64,000 nt of DNA from the NCBI RefSeq assembly GCF_006345805.1, contig NC_043023.1, positions 5,704,001-5,768,000 on the forward strand. Reading direction: 5' to 3'. Below are positions 40,076 to 52,558 of the stretch, piece after piece; the first letter of the stretch is position 1; every line of letters starts with the position of its first letter. The DNA comes from Octopus sinensis. Lineage: Eukaryota. A model generated the notes under the pieces. It was not told where the DNA came from and made no database searches. It saw nothing but the letters and a program-made list of their open reading frames with translations. The translations under genes were made by a program, and so were the position numbers.

Positions 40076-41153
40076 TGTAGTTAGCATATTAGCATGTGTG
40101 CCGTTAATGTGCGATTGTTGGTGGCGCAGAAGTTAATGAAGCAGATATACACTGCATTGATAGAATGCAGTCGTTGGCACTGGAAGTGCAGTAGGTATAT
40201 TCTGCATTGTCAGAGTACAGTTGCAGGTGCTGGAAATGTAATAGATTATATTCTGCATTGTCAGAATGCAATTATTGGTGCTGGAAGTGCAGTAGATATA
40301 TGCTGCATTGTTAACGTGCAGTTGTTTGCATCAGAATTGCAGTAGCACAAACGTTCCTGTCAACTTGATTTTGTTAAAGCAGTTTGACATTGAAAAGTGC
40401 AATTGATGCTTTTATCTTCAAAATCTGTGTGCATTTGGTGCATCACTGATTGAAAAAGAAACTGCAGCTGCTGCAGTTATACTAACATGAACGTACATCT
40501 GGTGCATTGCAAGATTAAGATAAAACTGCAGCTAGCATATTTGATATTGATAGTAATAGCAGCTGGCTAATTCATTGATGAAAGCAAATCTGCAGTTGAT
40601 GCACATTTTGTTGCAGGTTGTATTCTTATAAACTGCATTATGTGAGCATGTGTTGTAGTAGGAGTCTTAACAGTTGCTGTGCAGATGTTAGAGATGCAGT
40701 TGTCATTGCATAAGTCGCTTATAACATAACAGTAATTGGTGCACCAAACACCATAGCTGCAATAGGGTGCAGTTGCTTCAGTTTATCAGTTGTGGCTGCG
40801 TGGTAAAGTAGTTTGCCTTGCAACCAAGTGATTTGAAGTTTAGTCCTACTGTGTGACACCTTTGGTGGACACATTCCACCACAGGCCTGGACCAACAGAG
40901 ATCTTCAGTGACAATTACTTTGATCGAAAATGAGTGTTGAGAAGATATATATATATATACTTTTAAGCCTTTGAACATTTTCAACCCTTTTATTAGTTCT
41001 CTACTTATTTCTTTAACCCTTCTCTTCCTAGTATGTACCTTTGACGTCAAATTTACTAACGGTTTTTTAAAACACCTAATAACGTTCTGTTTATCATGTA
41101 GGCAGTCATCGTAATTGTTATAATGTCTTGTTGTTGAGAGAGGCTCTCTCTTT

Positions 41154-41235
41154 CTTTCCTGATGAGAAGATTGCATTTTACACCGTTTATTCCTTTGGAA
41201 TAATACCATGTTGTCTTCGAAACATATGTCGAAAG
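41154..41235 (+). ncRNA. Canonical type I hammerhead ribozyme motif with intact core
   Basis: CUUUC-CUGAUGA-GAAGAU..GUCUUC-GAAA-C(AUAU)G-UC-GAAAG; all three stems pair; GUC cleavage triplet at 41228-41230. Confidence 0.8.
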
Positions 41236-41589
41236 TAAAAGAATTTTAATAACATCTCCATTTATTTAGTTATAAAACGAATAACAACAGATGGATTGTG
41301 GTTCACTACAACTGTTTCAGGCATATTTTTTTTATTGATGAATAAAACCCCATTTTCATCAGGTGAATATAAGTAAGAATAAAACATTTCAAAACATCTC
41401 AATTCCAAAGCAAAAATGCCATTGGTCTGACCTTGGTGGTTTACTATTTTGGGACCTGATTTACTTGAATTCTGAATTTATATATATTTATATATATGTC
41501 AGCAGTGGTGTCCGAGTATTAAATCATACCTACATATATATATATACATAGGGTATATATAGTGACTGAGAGAGCCTCTTTATCTTGAT

Positions 41590-41905
41590 ACATGCAGAGG
41601 ATGCTGTTCAGGCCAAGTGCAGTATAGAAGAGCCGGGGACTTTTAAGGCAGAAGAGAGTTGGCAGGGGATGAGGAAGTGCATGACACTCTTTGCATCTTC
41701 GATATCTGATCCCTGCCTCTTGATGTCAATTATGTTCTGAGAGGTCTGTTTCCTTAAAGAGGACATGCTTCAGTCGTCTAGATTTCAGGCCTATCTTCTG
41801 CTGGAAATAGCACACTGAGTTGATGGAAAACTGGCAGTTGGTTTCAATGGGGAATGAGCTCACATGCTGACCCTTGACAAGGGCTTCATTGAATGAGTCG
41901 TGATA
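41590..41905 (-). mobile_element. Degenerate LINE (RTE-like) 3' fragment
   Basis: Broken reading ..YFQQKIGLKSRRLKHVLFKETDLSEHN* followed by a Cys/His-containing tail; weak similarity only. Confidence 0.4.
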
Positions 41906-42785
41906 TTTCAATTTCTTTACCTACATACACCAAAAATTAAGAATGTAAATATCTATTGTTATAAATTAACAGTATGCACCCTAAATAAGGGAGAATCTAA
42001 GTGGCTGTTTCATTTGTTAGAAATAGCAGCCAGATTCTGTCAGATCAATCTTTCTTATGAAGAACACTTTGCTTAACTCTTTCATTACTGTATTTATTTT
42101 GAGATGCTCTGTGCTTCTCTCAATTATTTTAGACATAACAAAGAATTTAGTAAAATAACTTAGTTATCAATCAGCTAGTGTTAGGAACATAAATTGTGAC
42201 TAAGGTTTGGTGGAAGATTTTAATTCAGAAAACAAGACATTTGTACTCAGAGTCAGAGCTGGTTTCAGCTGGGTTGGAAATGAAAGGGTTAATGTAGCCC
42301 TAGATTTACTGATTAAATAAAAGATGGGGGTGGTCATGGTTGGAACACATTTGGTCATAGATCTACTTGATCATTAATGATCTGGGGTTATATAACAATG
42401 TCTCCCTAAATAAGCTATATGTACCCTATAACACCCTCTATGTACCCTTATGTATAAACCTTGGTGAGCTGAAAGGAAATTCCATATTTTATAAGGGAAT
42501 ATTTTTGAAATTAGACATAAGAATGCAGAAGACATATACAGGGGTGGACAAAAGGTATGCAGTTGGTTGACATGTAAGCACTTCAAATGTGTATAGAAAT
42601 AAAAAAAAAAAAAAAAGAAGGACTTCTATGAACTAAGGATCATCTAAAAATCCCTTAGTCATCTTATGAACCACTTAGGTTTAAAAAACAGAAATAGAGA
42701 AATGAAAAGACCATTCCACTCGTATTAAACAACCATGTGCCTACTTTTGTGCATGTGTGTGTGTGTGTTATGCAAAGGAGTAGGG

Positions 42786-42840
<55 letters not shown>

Positions 42841-43836
42841 GAGTTAATCAAATATGTCTATTGAAAACAAATTGTACTGGATTTCATAAAAATGCTCTTG
42901 GCATGAGAAATGTCTAAAACCTTAAAAGGTATTTAGAGATTCAATTAGTGCGATTAAATATTAGAGAGTAAAAATTAGGAAAAGTTATATCTTAAAAATC
43001 ACAGTAGATACAAGTCCATGATATAAGCAATATTGTATTTATAAATAAATAGATAAAATACAGCTATGATCATTAAAAAATTTTTTAAAAAGTTTTGAAA
43101 GTCCTTATGACTGTTTCATGAATATACTACTCTCAAAATGAGATAACCGTTATTGGGAAGTGTATCCACTTGTCAGAGAAAAGGATAAATGTCAGTGTAG
43201 TAAATCGAATGATGGAAATGCTATCTAAAATCGGATGAGAAAGGTGTTGTTAAAAAAGTTATTGGTATAAATCTGTGTTGGTATAAATTTGAGCTAAAAA
43301 TTTTGAAAAAATAAAATATATCCATGGTAAAATCCGTGGTAAGAATCCACAATGGCAGTGTGCAGATAGAATTCCCGTAATTCATTTCCTTTTCAGTGTG
43401 TAATCCATAAGTATAGTTATGGATCCTTAGCTGTACTTTATCTATTTAGCAATACAATATAGCTTATATTATGGACTTGTATGTGTATAATGGATATGTT
43501 ACAATATATACACCTGAGCTCTGTATACAATAAATTCATTATCATTATTATCATATATATATATATATACTTACCTATACACATGTCTGTGCATATATGT
43601 GTGTATACATATCTATGTGTGTGTCTGTGTCTACACACACACATATATATAGAGAGAGAATAGAATAAGAAATAGAAAGTCCATGCTACAGAATTATACA
43701 TTTGAAAAGAAAGAACAGAAATCTAATTTAATAATTAGATGTTTATAAAACATTAGGTGTTTATGATTTATAATTACCTAATTATTACAGTGGAAATATA
43801 TTCAGAAAATCTATTTCTATTAATTTTTTTTCAAAT

Positions 43837-43867
<31 letters not shown>

Positions 43868-43873
43868 CACACG

Positions 43874-43901
<28 letters not shown>

Positions 43902-43904
<3 letters not shown>

Positions 43905-44463
43905 TGGGTTGTCCGGAAAGTTTGTGCCAATTTATAGTAGCTTACCTTTCAACTTATTTTAGAACATGGTTGAGTCCATAAAATAGGATTTGACTACACC
44001 TCCATTTAGAGCACAGTTTAAGCTATCTTTTCATGGAAGAAGCTTTATGTTCCTATAACCTGTGTTAATTCTATAACCCTTTAAAATGGAAAGTTCATTT
44101 TCGGCACTTGATGCTTTGGGAACCAGACAAAAATTGCTGCAGCTCGGCTGGGATGTGTTACCCCACCCTCCATATTCACCAGATATTGCTCCTTCGGATT
44201 TCCACTTATTCAGGTCTCTGCAGAATAGTCTTAATGGTAAAAATTTCAATTCCTTGGATGACGTAAAAAGATACCTTGATGAATCCTTTGCCATGAAACC
44301 ATCTCAATTCTAGGAAGAGGGTATTTTCAAGTTAAAGGAAAGATGGTGACGCATTGTGCAACACAATGGTTCATATTTGGTTGATTAAAAATGTAATGGC
44401 AAGTATTTATTGACCTTTTTCTTTCCTTTAGAAATTGGCACAAACTTTCTAGGCAACCCAATA
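43902..44463 (+). mobile_element. Non-autonomous mariner deletion derivative, same family as 21293-21850
   Basis: TA-TTGGGTTGTCC..GGCAACCCAA-TA; same internal deletion junction. Confidence 0.92.
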
Positions 44464-47289
44464 TATATATATATATATAAAGAGAAAAGAAGTGTATAAC
44501 CACGCAAGAAAGTATATAGGAGAATTTGTTTTGGGGTTTGAAATCGTAATTGTTAATATCACCCAAAATAACTGAACTTTCAATCATGTATGACTGTTAC
44601 GAAAATCATTGAACATTTGAACTTGTATTGATGTCTATCTCTGCGGAACTCCTTGGAACTTGTATGAATATTTGATTATTTAAGTATGTTTTTCTGAATT
44701 TTCCCTTGTAACTTTAATCTTTTGTAAACCCATTTCAAGTTATTTTTCTATTTTAACATTGATAAACAAAAATAGTTGAAACCGGTTTGGTATTTTAATA
44801 AATCTGTAATGAAAGTTAAAGCTGACTACGAGTTTTGATATTTGAGTCCCAAAACAAATTCTCCTATATATGCTATAAAAATATATACATATAAATATTC
44901 ACACACACACACACATGCACACATCTGTATATATTTATGATATCCATGCAATATAAAATACATGCAAGATACATGCAAATATACATAGAAATACTCACAA
45001 ATGTATATACATACACACATTTAGTCATGTGTATGTGCCCACCCATCCACCCCTGTTGGCCATGATATGTGACAGAGGCTGGGACACACCTTTTAGCATC
45101 AGTAAGGCAGTGCCACCTGACAGGTGATGGTGATTCATCTCCCTTGAAGAGAAACAGACAAAGACATACTTCCCAGCACAAGTCAGCTTCTCGTCAGGGG
45201 GCGCTGGAGTGCAGACTTAAACCAAATGCCAGAGTGAGGAGATGATGGTTTCGTAACTTGGTGGCCCCCATGCTTACATATATTCTTACAGTGATAGTGG
45301 TGATGGTGATGGCGATACCAAAGTGGGCATAACTGATGGTGGAGTATGGTCCTGTATGGGGTTGCTAAGTATACTAGAAATAACAGCTGAAATTTTGAAA
45401 TGAGAAATTCAACTTTTCTTTGGGTAATTTTCATTACTAACTACAAATCATGATTTTGAACTTTTCTCACTCAGACTTATCAGATTGAGAAAATAATGGA
45501 TTTCTTCACACTTCTTTGTAGCTGTGAATATTATTTTTACCAAACATTTCACTCAAGAAAAAATATTTGTCTGAAAAATTTGGCAAAATTTGAACATTTC
45601 TAGTGAATCATTTAGAAAATTTTGAAGTGAAAAATTCAATTTTCTTTGGCTATTTTCCTTACTAACTATAAATAGTGATTTTAATGCTTCAAATTATATC
45701 TTTCCATTAAAAAAATATAAGAGGCTGCTTCCCAACCATCTGGTTCCAGGTTCAGTCCTACTGTGTGGCACCATGGGCAAGTGTCTTCTACTATAGCCTT
45801 GGGCTGACCAAAGCCTTGAGAGTAGATTTGGTAGGTGGAAATTGAAAGAAGCCCCTCATATATATATGTATATATCTATGTGTGTGTCTGTGTTTGCCTC
45901 CCACCCCACCCACCCATTCACCACTTGACAACTGGTGTTGGTGTGTTTACCTACCCAAAACTTAGCAGTTTGGCAAAAAAACCCGATAGAATAAGTACCA
46001 GGCTTAAAAAGTAAGTACTGGGGTGATTCATTTGACTAAAAGTTCAAGGTGGTGCCCCAGAATGACCGCAGTCTATGTACTAAAAGAGGTGAAAGATAAA
46101 AGATAGAAGATATATGCTATACTAATACTTCACTCTTGTTGCCTGTCTGTTGATTCCCAAGAGCATCTAAGATTTGAATGTTGTTGAAACCACCAGATAG
46201 AGTGGTACTGCCTAAGTGTCAAAACCATAGTGACATCAGTTAGGCAGCTGAGGATGGTAATGTATATTTGATATTTGAAATGCTTGTTTATGAACTTTTT
46301 ATATCTTGGTGTCCCATTGATCTAAGCTGAAATTGCGAGGATAATCTGGTACTTGACTGAAGATAGAAAACTTCAAATGACCCATCCTTGTTTTATTTGT
46401 ATCGTCTGTCTGGATGTTTTGTTGTTGTCCCTTTTTGTATCACCTAACTGTCTGGATGTTTTGCATTCTTGTCCCATCTGGTATTTTATATATATATATG
46501 TGTGTGTATATATACTATATATATATATATATATCCATTATATGCAATAGAATCAGTATATATGTATGCACACACATACATGCAAACATACAGATATACA
46601 TACAGGCATATATATATATATATATAATGTATGTATGACTGCATGTATCTACTTTTGAAAATGTAAGGATTCATATAAGGCAATGGAAGGGCCTCTTTGA
46701 GGTCATTTAATCTGCTAGAAATAGCAGTCTATAAGGCGGCGAGCTGGCAAAAACGTTAGCACACCAGCTTAGCGGCATTTCATGTTATTACATTCTGAGT
46801 TCAAATTTCACTGAGGTCGATTTTGCCTTTCATCCTTTTGGGGTCAATAAATTAAGTACCAGTTGTGCATTGGGGTCGATATAATCGACTTAATCCCTTT
46901 GTCTGTCCTTGTTTGTCTTTTCTATGTCTAGCCCCTTGTGGGCAATAAAGAAATAAGAAATAGCAGTCTAATTTTTCTCAAATCACACATTAATGTCTTC
47001 CAAAACAAGAAGACCGAGTGAGGATGAGCACATATTAAATTATGTAGTCTTAGATACACTGTGCCTGATTTAAAAGAAATGGGCCAGGCCTCTGCTGGAG
47101 CATCTCTTGATCATAGCTCTGCCAGATTGGTGCCTGGACTGACCAAGTGACCATCACCACCATCACTGCTGCTGCTACTACTACTACTACTACTACTACT
47201 ACAAATAACAAAAAGATATAAAACATATAAAAAATCCCTCCACCCCACCCCTATAAAATAATCCCAAGGAACAAAAATAGGGGCCTTAC

Positions 47290-47570
47290 CAGTCGGTGTG
47301 GGGATCGTCAATGACAAGGAGGGTCTTACATCGGTCCTTGTTGACATTTGACCTCTGACCTGAGAATATGCCCTTGGCAATCCCGACCGCGCTGGTCTTC
47401 GATGGGGAACTGGGCGCACTCGGCGAAGGCCCCTTCCGTATCGGAAGCACGGGGACCTGGCCTTGCTCTTGGGCATCACGTAGCTCGCCCTGGAGGTCAC
47501 CTGAGCTGAAGCGTCTCCGGAGGAAGCTGACTCCCGTCGAGAAGTTGTCCTTGAATGTTGAGAACGAAAT
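47290..47570 (-). CDS. Syn: Synapsin coding exon 1 (domains A, B, start of C): ISFSTFKDNFSTGVSFLRRRFSSGDLQGE...KDRCKTLLVIDDPHTD(W); 5' end uncertain, no ATG
   Basis: Translation of the minus strand; donor TG|GTAAG at 47290/47289; in-frame TAA at 47595-47597 upstream. The 3' boundary is firm; the 5' boundary is placed at the ATT codon by inference. Confidence 0.9.
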
Positions 47571-48723
47571 TTTGACGGGTTTTGTTGGAACGATTTAAGG
47601 GAAAAAATGAGAAAGACTTTTGGAGAGAGAAAAAAAAGGAAGGAAGAGGGGAAAGAATTGTTTGTTTTGTTGTTTTTCTTTTTGTTAAATATGAGACAGA
47701 CAGACAGAGAAAGGAAAGAAATGGAAGGATGACCTTTTTTAAAAAAAATTGAAGGAGGATTGTAGAAGGCCCCTGAAGAAGTAAGTTTTGATCTTTTGTT
47801 TTTTAAATAAAAGAGAAATGATGGAGAAAATTGGAGCCAAAAGATGTCCAGAAGAAGGAATCAGGCGTTTTCTGTATCTTTTTAGATGAAAGATTGAAGA
47901 GCTAAAGGCATAGGTGAAGGAGAGGAGGAGAAGGTGAAGAATGTAGAGAAAGAAGGAGGGAGTTATAATAGTGGCAGTAGGAGGAGAAGAGAAAGTAGGA
48001 GGTGAAAATTAGAGAGGAGGAGAATTTGGAGAAAGGAGGAAAGAGTAAAGGGTAGGAGGTGCAAAGCAAGAGGAGAGAGGGAAAGAGTAGGAGATTGTGG
48101 GTGTGGCTAGGTAGGAAGCAAGGAGGGAGGAGGGTGGTAAGGAGGTAGATAGGTAGGTAGATAAAGAGAGCGGTGGGAGGAGCAACAGGGAAGAAGTGTG
48201 AGGGGGAGAGAAAGAGGGTGAAGTAGGAAGACTTTGAAAGGTTAAGAGTGAAAGAAGAAGGAACTTGAACAGGAATTGTTAAACCGATTCTTTGTTGATA
48301 GAGAGGTTATTGTAGTTCAGGCTCTTGTTGCATTCACAGGTCCTTAGCTGTTGAGTTTTTCCCTTCTTTTTTAGCAACCATACACACAGATATATGTATA
48401 TATAATTTTATATATACATATATATGTATATATATCTATGCGTCTTTCGTTCTTTGACAGCCCTTTTTCTCTCTCTCTCTGTTAAATTCTTCTTTCACTC
48501 TTTCTTTCTATCCACCTTCACTCTCTGCCTCTGTATGTATGTATCTCTCTCTTTGTGTTTATCTCTCTCCCTCTCTCTCTCTCTTTCAATTTCTGTCTTC
48601 CTTGGTTGTGGTTACAATCTGGTGTAAATCCAATCTTCAGCTACAGCAGCGCCACCTAGAATCAAAGAAAAGAAAAAGAAATGAAGATAAGATAATAATC
48701 TATTGCAATACACAAACATGCAA

Positions 48724-48796
<73 letters not shown>

Positions 48797-48845
48797 TATA
48801 ATATATATATATATATACACATATATATATATATATATATATGTA

Positions 48846-48930
48846 CTTTATTTAAAGCAGCAGAAAATTCAACAAAACCTGTTACTCAGAGTAACAGGTT
48901 TTGTTGAATTTTCTGCTGCTTTAAATAAAG
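48846..48930. repeat. Perfect 42-bp-arm palindrome with a 1-nt spacer
   Basis: 48846-48887 is the exact reverse complement of 48889-48930. Confidence 0.95.
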
Positions 48931-49176
48931 CATATTACTCTACCACTGGTATTTGAGTACTCTTTTTTCCACCTTGTTTCACATTTATGTGTTTACTCCG
49001 GTATATATATATATATTTAAAGGGCTAAAAACCACTATGTGGTCAGCCATATGCTAGAAGTAGATCACCTATGATCAAACTACAAAGAAAACAATGTTCT
49101 CTAGAGGAAAATTCAGTGGACACCAGAACAATATGCGGGCAAGATAGATGAAAATTATATAAAAAACCAGATTTAC

Positions 49177-49252
49177 TCGCAGACCAGCGGTTTCGCCTAT
49201 TAACGAATGAATCACTTACGTAATCCTTCGTCCGTAGGACTCATCAGTACGA
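49177..49252 (-). ncRNA. Type I hammerhead ribozyme motif with intact core, 1.6 kb upstream of synapsin exon 1 on the same strand
   Basis: UCGUA-CUGAUGA-G(U)CCUA..UAGGC-GAAA-CC(GCU)GG-UC-UGCGA. Confidence 0.75.
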
Positions 49253-49641
49253 TCGTTCCACAGGTAATATAATTTGTAAAACTAATCACCAGTTTTCCGT
49301 ATAAAAACAGACACGTGCTTAGTTTCACCGATTACATTGGGGTTAATTTCAAATGTCTGAGTTTTGGTATATATAATGTCTGGTATATATATATAGATAT
49401 ATATATAACGGGAAGCTTTATGAAAATAGACAAAAGACGAAGGCAGGTTTACAGAAATAAACAAAAGACGAAGGCAGGTGGAATACAAACAAACAATTAT
49501 ATATATATACACACATATATGTATATGCATATATATTGATAAATAGATATATAGATAGATAAGTACACAGAAAGATAGATATGAACACATATATATTTAA
49601 AGATATGTGTATGTGTATATAAATGGGTGTCTGTTTGTATG

Positions 49642-50154
49642 TATTGTAAATCCTCGAGTATAGTCCGCCCTTGAGTATAATACACAGGGGATTTTTAGGG
49701 GTCTGTACCTCTGAAAAACCTACACCTTGTGTATAATACGCACCCCTTCTCTAACTTGAGTCAAAGAGGTCTATATAACGTCCTTGGTTTGTAAAAATGT
49801 ATATGGTAACATCCTTTATTATTATTGTATATATAACATAATGCAAACGTGTAGCTTTTTTGTGCATTTTGTTTGCAGACAATAAAGAAATAACAGTAAT
49901 AACAGTAATAACGTTTAATAAATGTTGCTTACTGCAAGTTATGGATGATTCTTTTATGACTTCATTGCTTTCAGGTCTAGCTTAAGGGATTTTTATGCCC
50001 AACATCACAAAATGCGTCTGAATAAACATTGCCGGACTCAGAAATTGCTTAGAAAATATTTTTCATTTTTAACCTCATATATAATACGCACTAGGGATTT
50101 TAACCTTTAAATTTTTTGGGGGGAAATGCGGATTATACTCGAGGATTTATTGTA
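49642..50154. mobile_element. pogo/Tigger-type MITE
   Basis: TIRs TAAATCCTCGAGTATA.TCCGC / GCGGATTATACTCGAGGATTTA with subterminal GTATAATAC repeats. Confidence 0.7.
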
Positions 50155-50429
50155 TGTGTGCATAAAGATATATATATATATATATAATAATAAAATGAGA
50201 GGAATAAGTATATAGTCTGTGTAGTTATTTGGCAACAACATAAAATAAAAAAAATGACCATCCCAAAATATAACAATATCAGTTTCAATGCAGGATTTCT
50301 CAAATAGTGGACTTGGTTAGAGTGATAAGAAATGGGTCCCATATGTGCAACCCAATGGAATTAGAAAGACACATACAACACTTCATTCACTGTATGCAGT
50401 TTTCTGGCTAAAGCCAAAGAGACAGGATT

Positions 50430-50940
50430 AGAGTGTACAAAGGAACAAGTAAGTACAAGACCATCATAGCGAGTGATGCCAATGGGATCTGCCTGCTATA
50501 CAGGAGTAAATCCTGAAATAGCTTAGAAAGGACCAAGAAGAAAACAGATAAGGTCAAGTCATGGTGCAATAACCAAAAATACCAGAGTGTCATGTTTGTT
50601 GGTGCTACCCCTGAAAGCAAACTAGAATACCTTTTTTGGAAAAGCTTAGATAAGAAAATCTTTGGATTATATTAGTAGACAGGCCAGGAACACCATAAAA
50701 CCCCTATTCTGTAGAACATATCCATTCAAAAGGTCCCAGTACAGTATGCAGGGTGAACCCACAATTTAAATGTAAGATTAGAAATGTAGTCTATAGCACC
50801 TGGTGTACTGAGGGACAGTGCAGAAACAAGACAACATACAATGGAGAGACAGCACGTAGCATAGGAAGGAAGATAGATGTACACTGGAGAAAACATAGAG
50901 GAGAAAAGCTTGTCAGTGCTCTATTATTGCTCAATTAGAA
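50430..50940 (+). mobile_element. Penelope-like element remnant (linker + GIY-YIG)
   Basis: YQSVMFVGATPESKL.. and CKIRNVVYSTWCTEGQC..TYNGETARSIGRKIDVH. Confidence 0.7.
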
Positions 50941-51616
50941 CATAGAGGCTTGGTTAATATATATTTACATATTATATTTTATTATATTTGCAGTTATATA
51001 AATATATAAATACACACACACTCACACTCTCACACACACACACAGATGCACACACTCACACTCTCTCACACACACACACACACACGCACACACACACACA
51101 CACACACACATATAGGTATGTCATATTTTCTGCTTTTCTGGAGGCCTTCTGACAAATTCTCACTTATTAGAAAGTGAAACGAGTCACGTTAGATGATGAA
51201 AATAATGAAGTTTGGTGGGTAAGAGTCTGATGCATTGGGGATACATAAAAAGTGAGGGTTCAAGAAAGTTGTATACCCTTATCATATGGGTAGTCATGAT
51301 GGGTATACTGGGCTTCGTATATTTTACCCCAGTGTCACTTTGATGGCATGCACTGCTCCCTCACTCAATAATAATAAGGATTGAACATCAATTAAGACTT
51401 ACTCTGTCTCTCTTGTATTTGTTTTAGTCATTTGACTGCGGCCATGCTGGAGCACCACCTTTAGTCGAGCAAATCAACCCCAGGACTTATTCTTTGTAAG
51501 CCTAGTACTTATTCTATCGGTCTCTTTTACCGAACCGCAAAGTTACGGTGACGCAAACGCACCAGCATCAGTTGTCAAGTGATGTTGGGGGGACAAACAC
51601 AGACACACAGACATAT

Positions 51617-51649
<33 letters not shown>

Positions 51650-51988
51650 CATATATGCGATGGGCTTCTTTCAGTTTCCGTCTACCAAATCCACTCAAAA
51701 GGCTTTGGTCGGACTGAGGCTATATTAGAAGACACTTGCTCAAGGTGCCACGCAGTGGGACTGAACCCGGAACCATGTTGTTTGTAAGCAAGCAACCTAC
51801 CACACAGCCATATGAATTTATTTCAATGTATTTTATTTTATGTGCAGATTTTCGATGCTACCTTACGTTTCATGTATTATAGTTTGGAATTTTCAAATGT
51901 TCGACTTAAAATTTATGATAATCCATCTCCACGTTCTATTTGACTCTGAGACTTCACAAGACTTCAGGCATTATTAGGTGGTCCAAAG

Positions 51989-52558
51989 TATTGGGTCGTC
52001 CAGAAAGTTTGTGCTGATTTATAGTAGCTTACCTTTCGACTTATTTAGAACATGGTTGAGTCCATAAAATAGGATTTGACTACATCTCCAGTTAGAGCAC
52101 AGTTTAAGCTATCTTTTCATGGAAGAAGGTTTATGTTCCTATAACCTGTGTTAATTCTGTATCCCTTTAAAATGGAAGATAAGAAAGTTCATTTTCGGCA
52201 CTTGATGCTTTGGGAACCAGACAAAAATTGCTGCAGCTCGGCTGGGATGTGTTACCCCACCCTCCATATTCACCAGATAGTGCTCCTTCAGATTTTCACT
52301 TATTCAGGTCTCTGCAGAATAGTCTTAATGGTAAAAATTTCAATTCCTTGGATGACATAAAAAGATACCTTGATGAATTCTTTGCCATGAAACCACCTCA
52401 ATTTTGGGAAGAGGGTATTTTCAAATTAAAGGAAAGATGGAGATGCATTATGCAACAAAATGGTTCATATTTGGTTGATTAAAAATGTGATGGCAAGTAT
52501 TTATTGATCTTTTTCTTTCGTTTAAAAAATCGGCACGAACTTTCCAGACAACCCAATA
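51989..52558 (+). mobile_element. Non-autonomous mariner deletion derivative, third copy
   Basis: TIRs as above; ORF 52210-52482 carries WDVLPHPPYSPD.APSDFHLFRSLQ. Confidence 0.92.
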
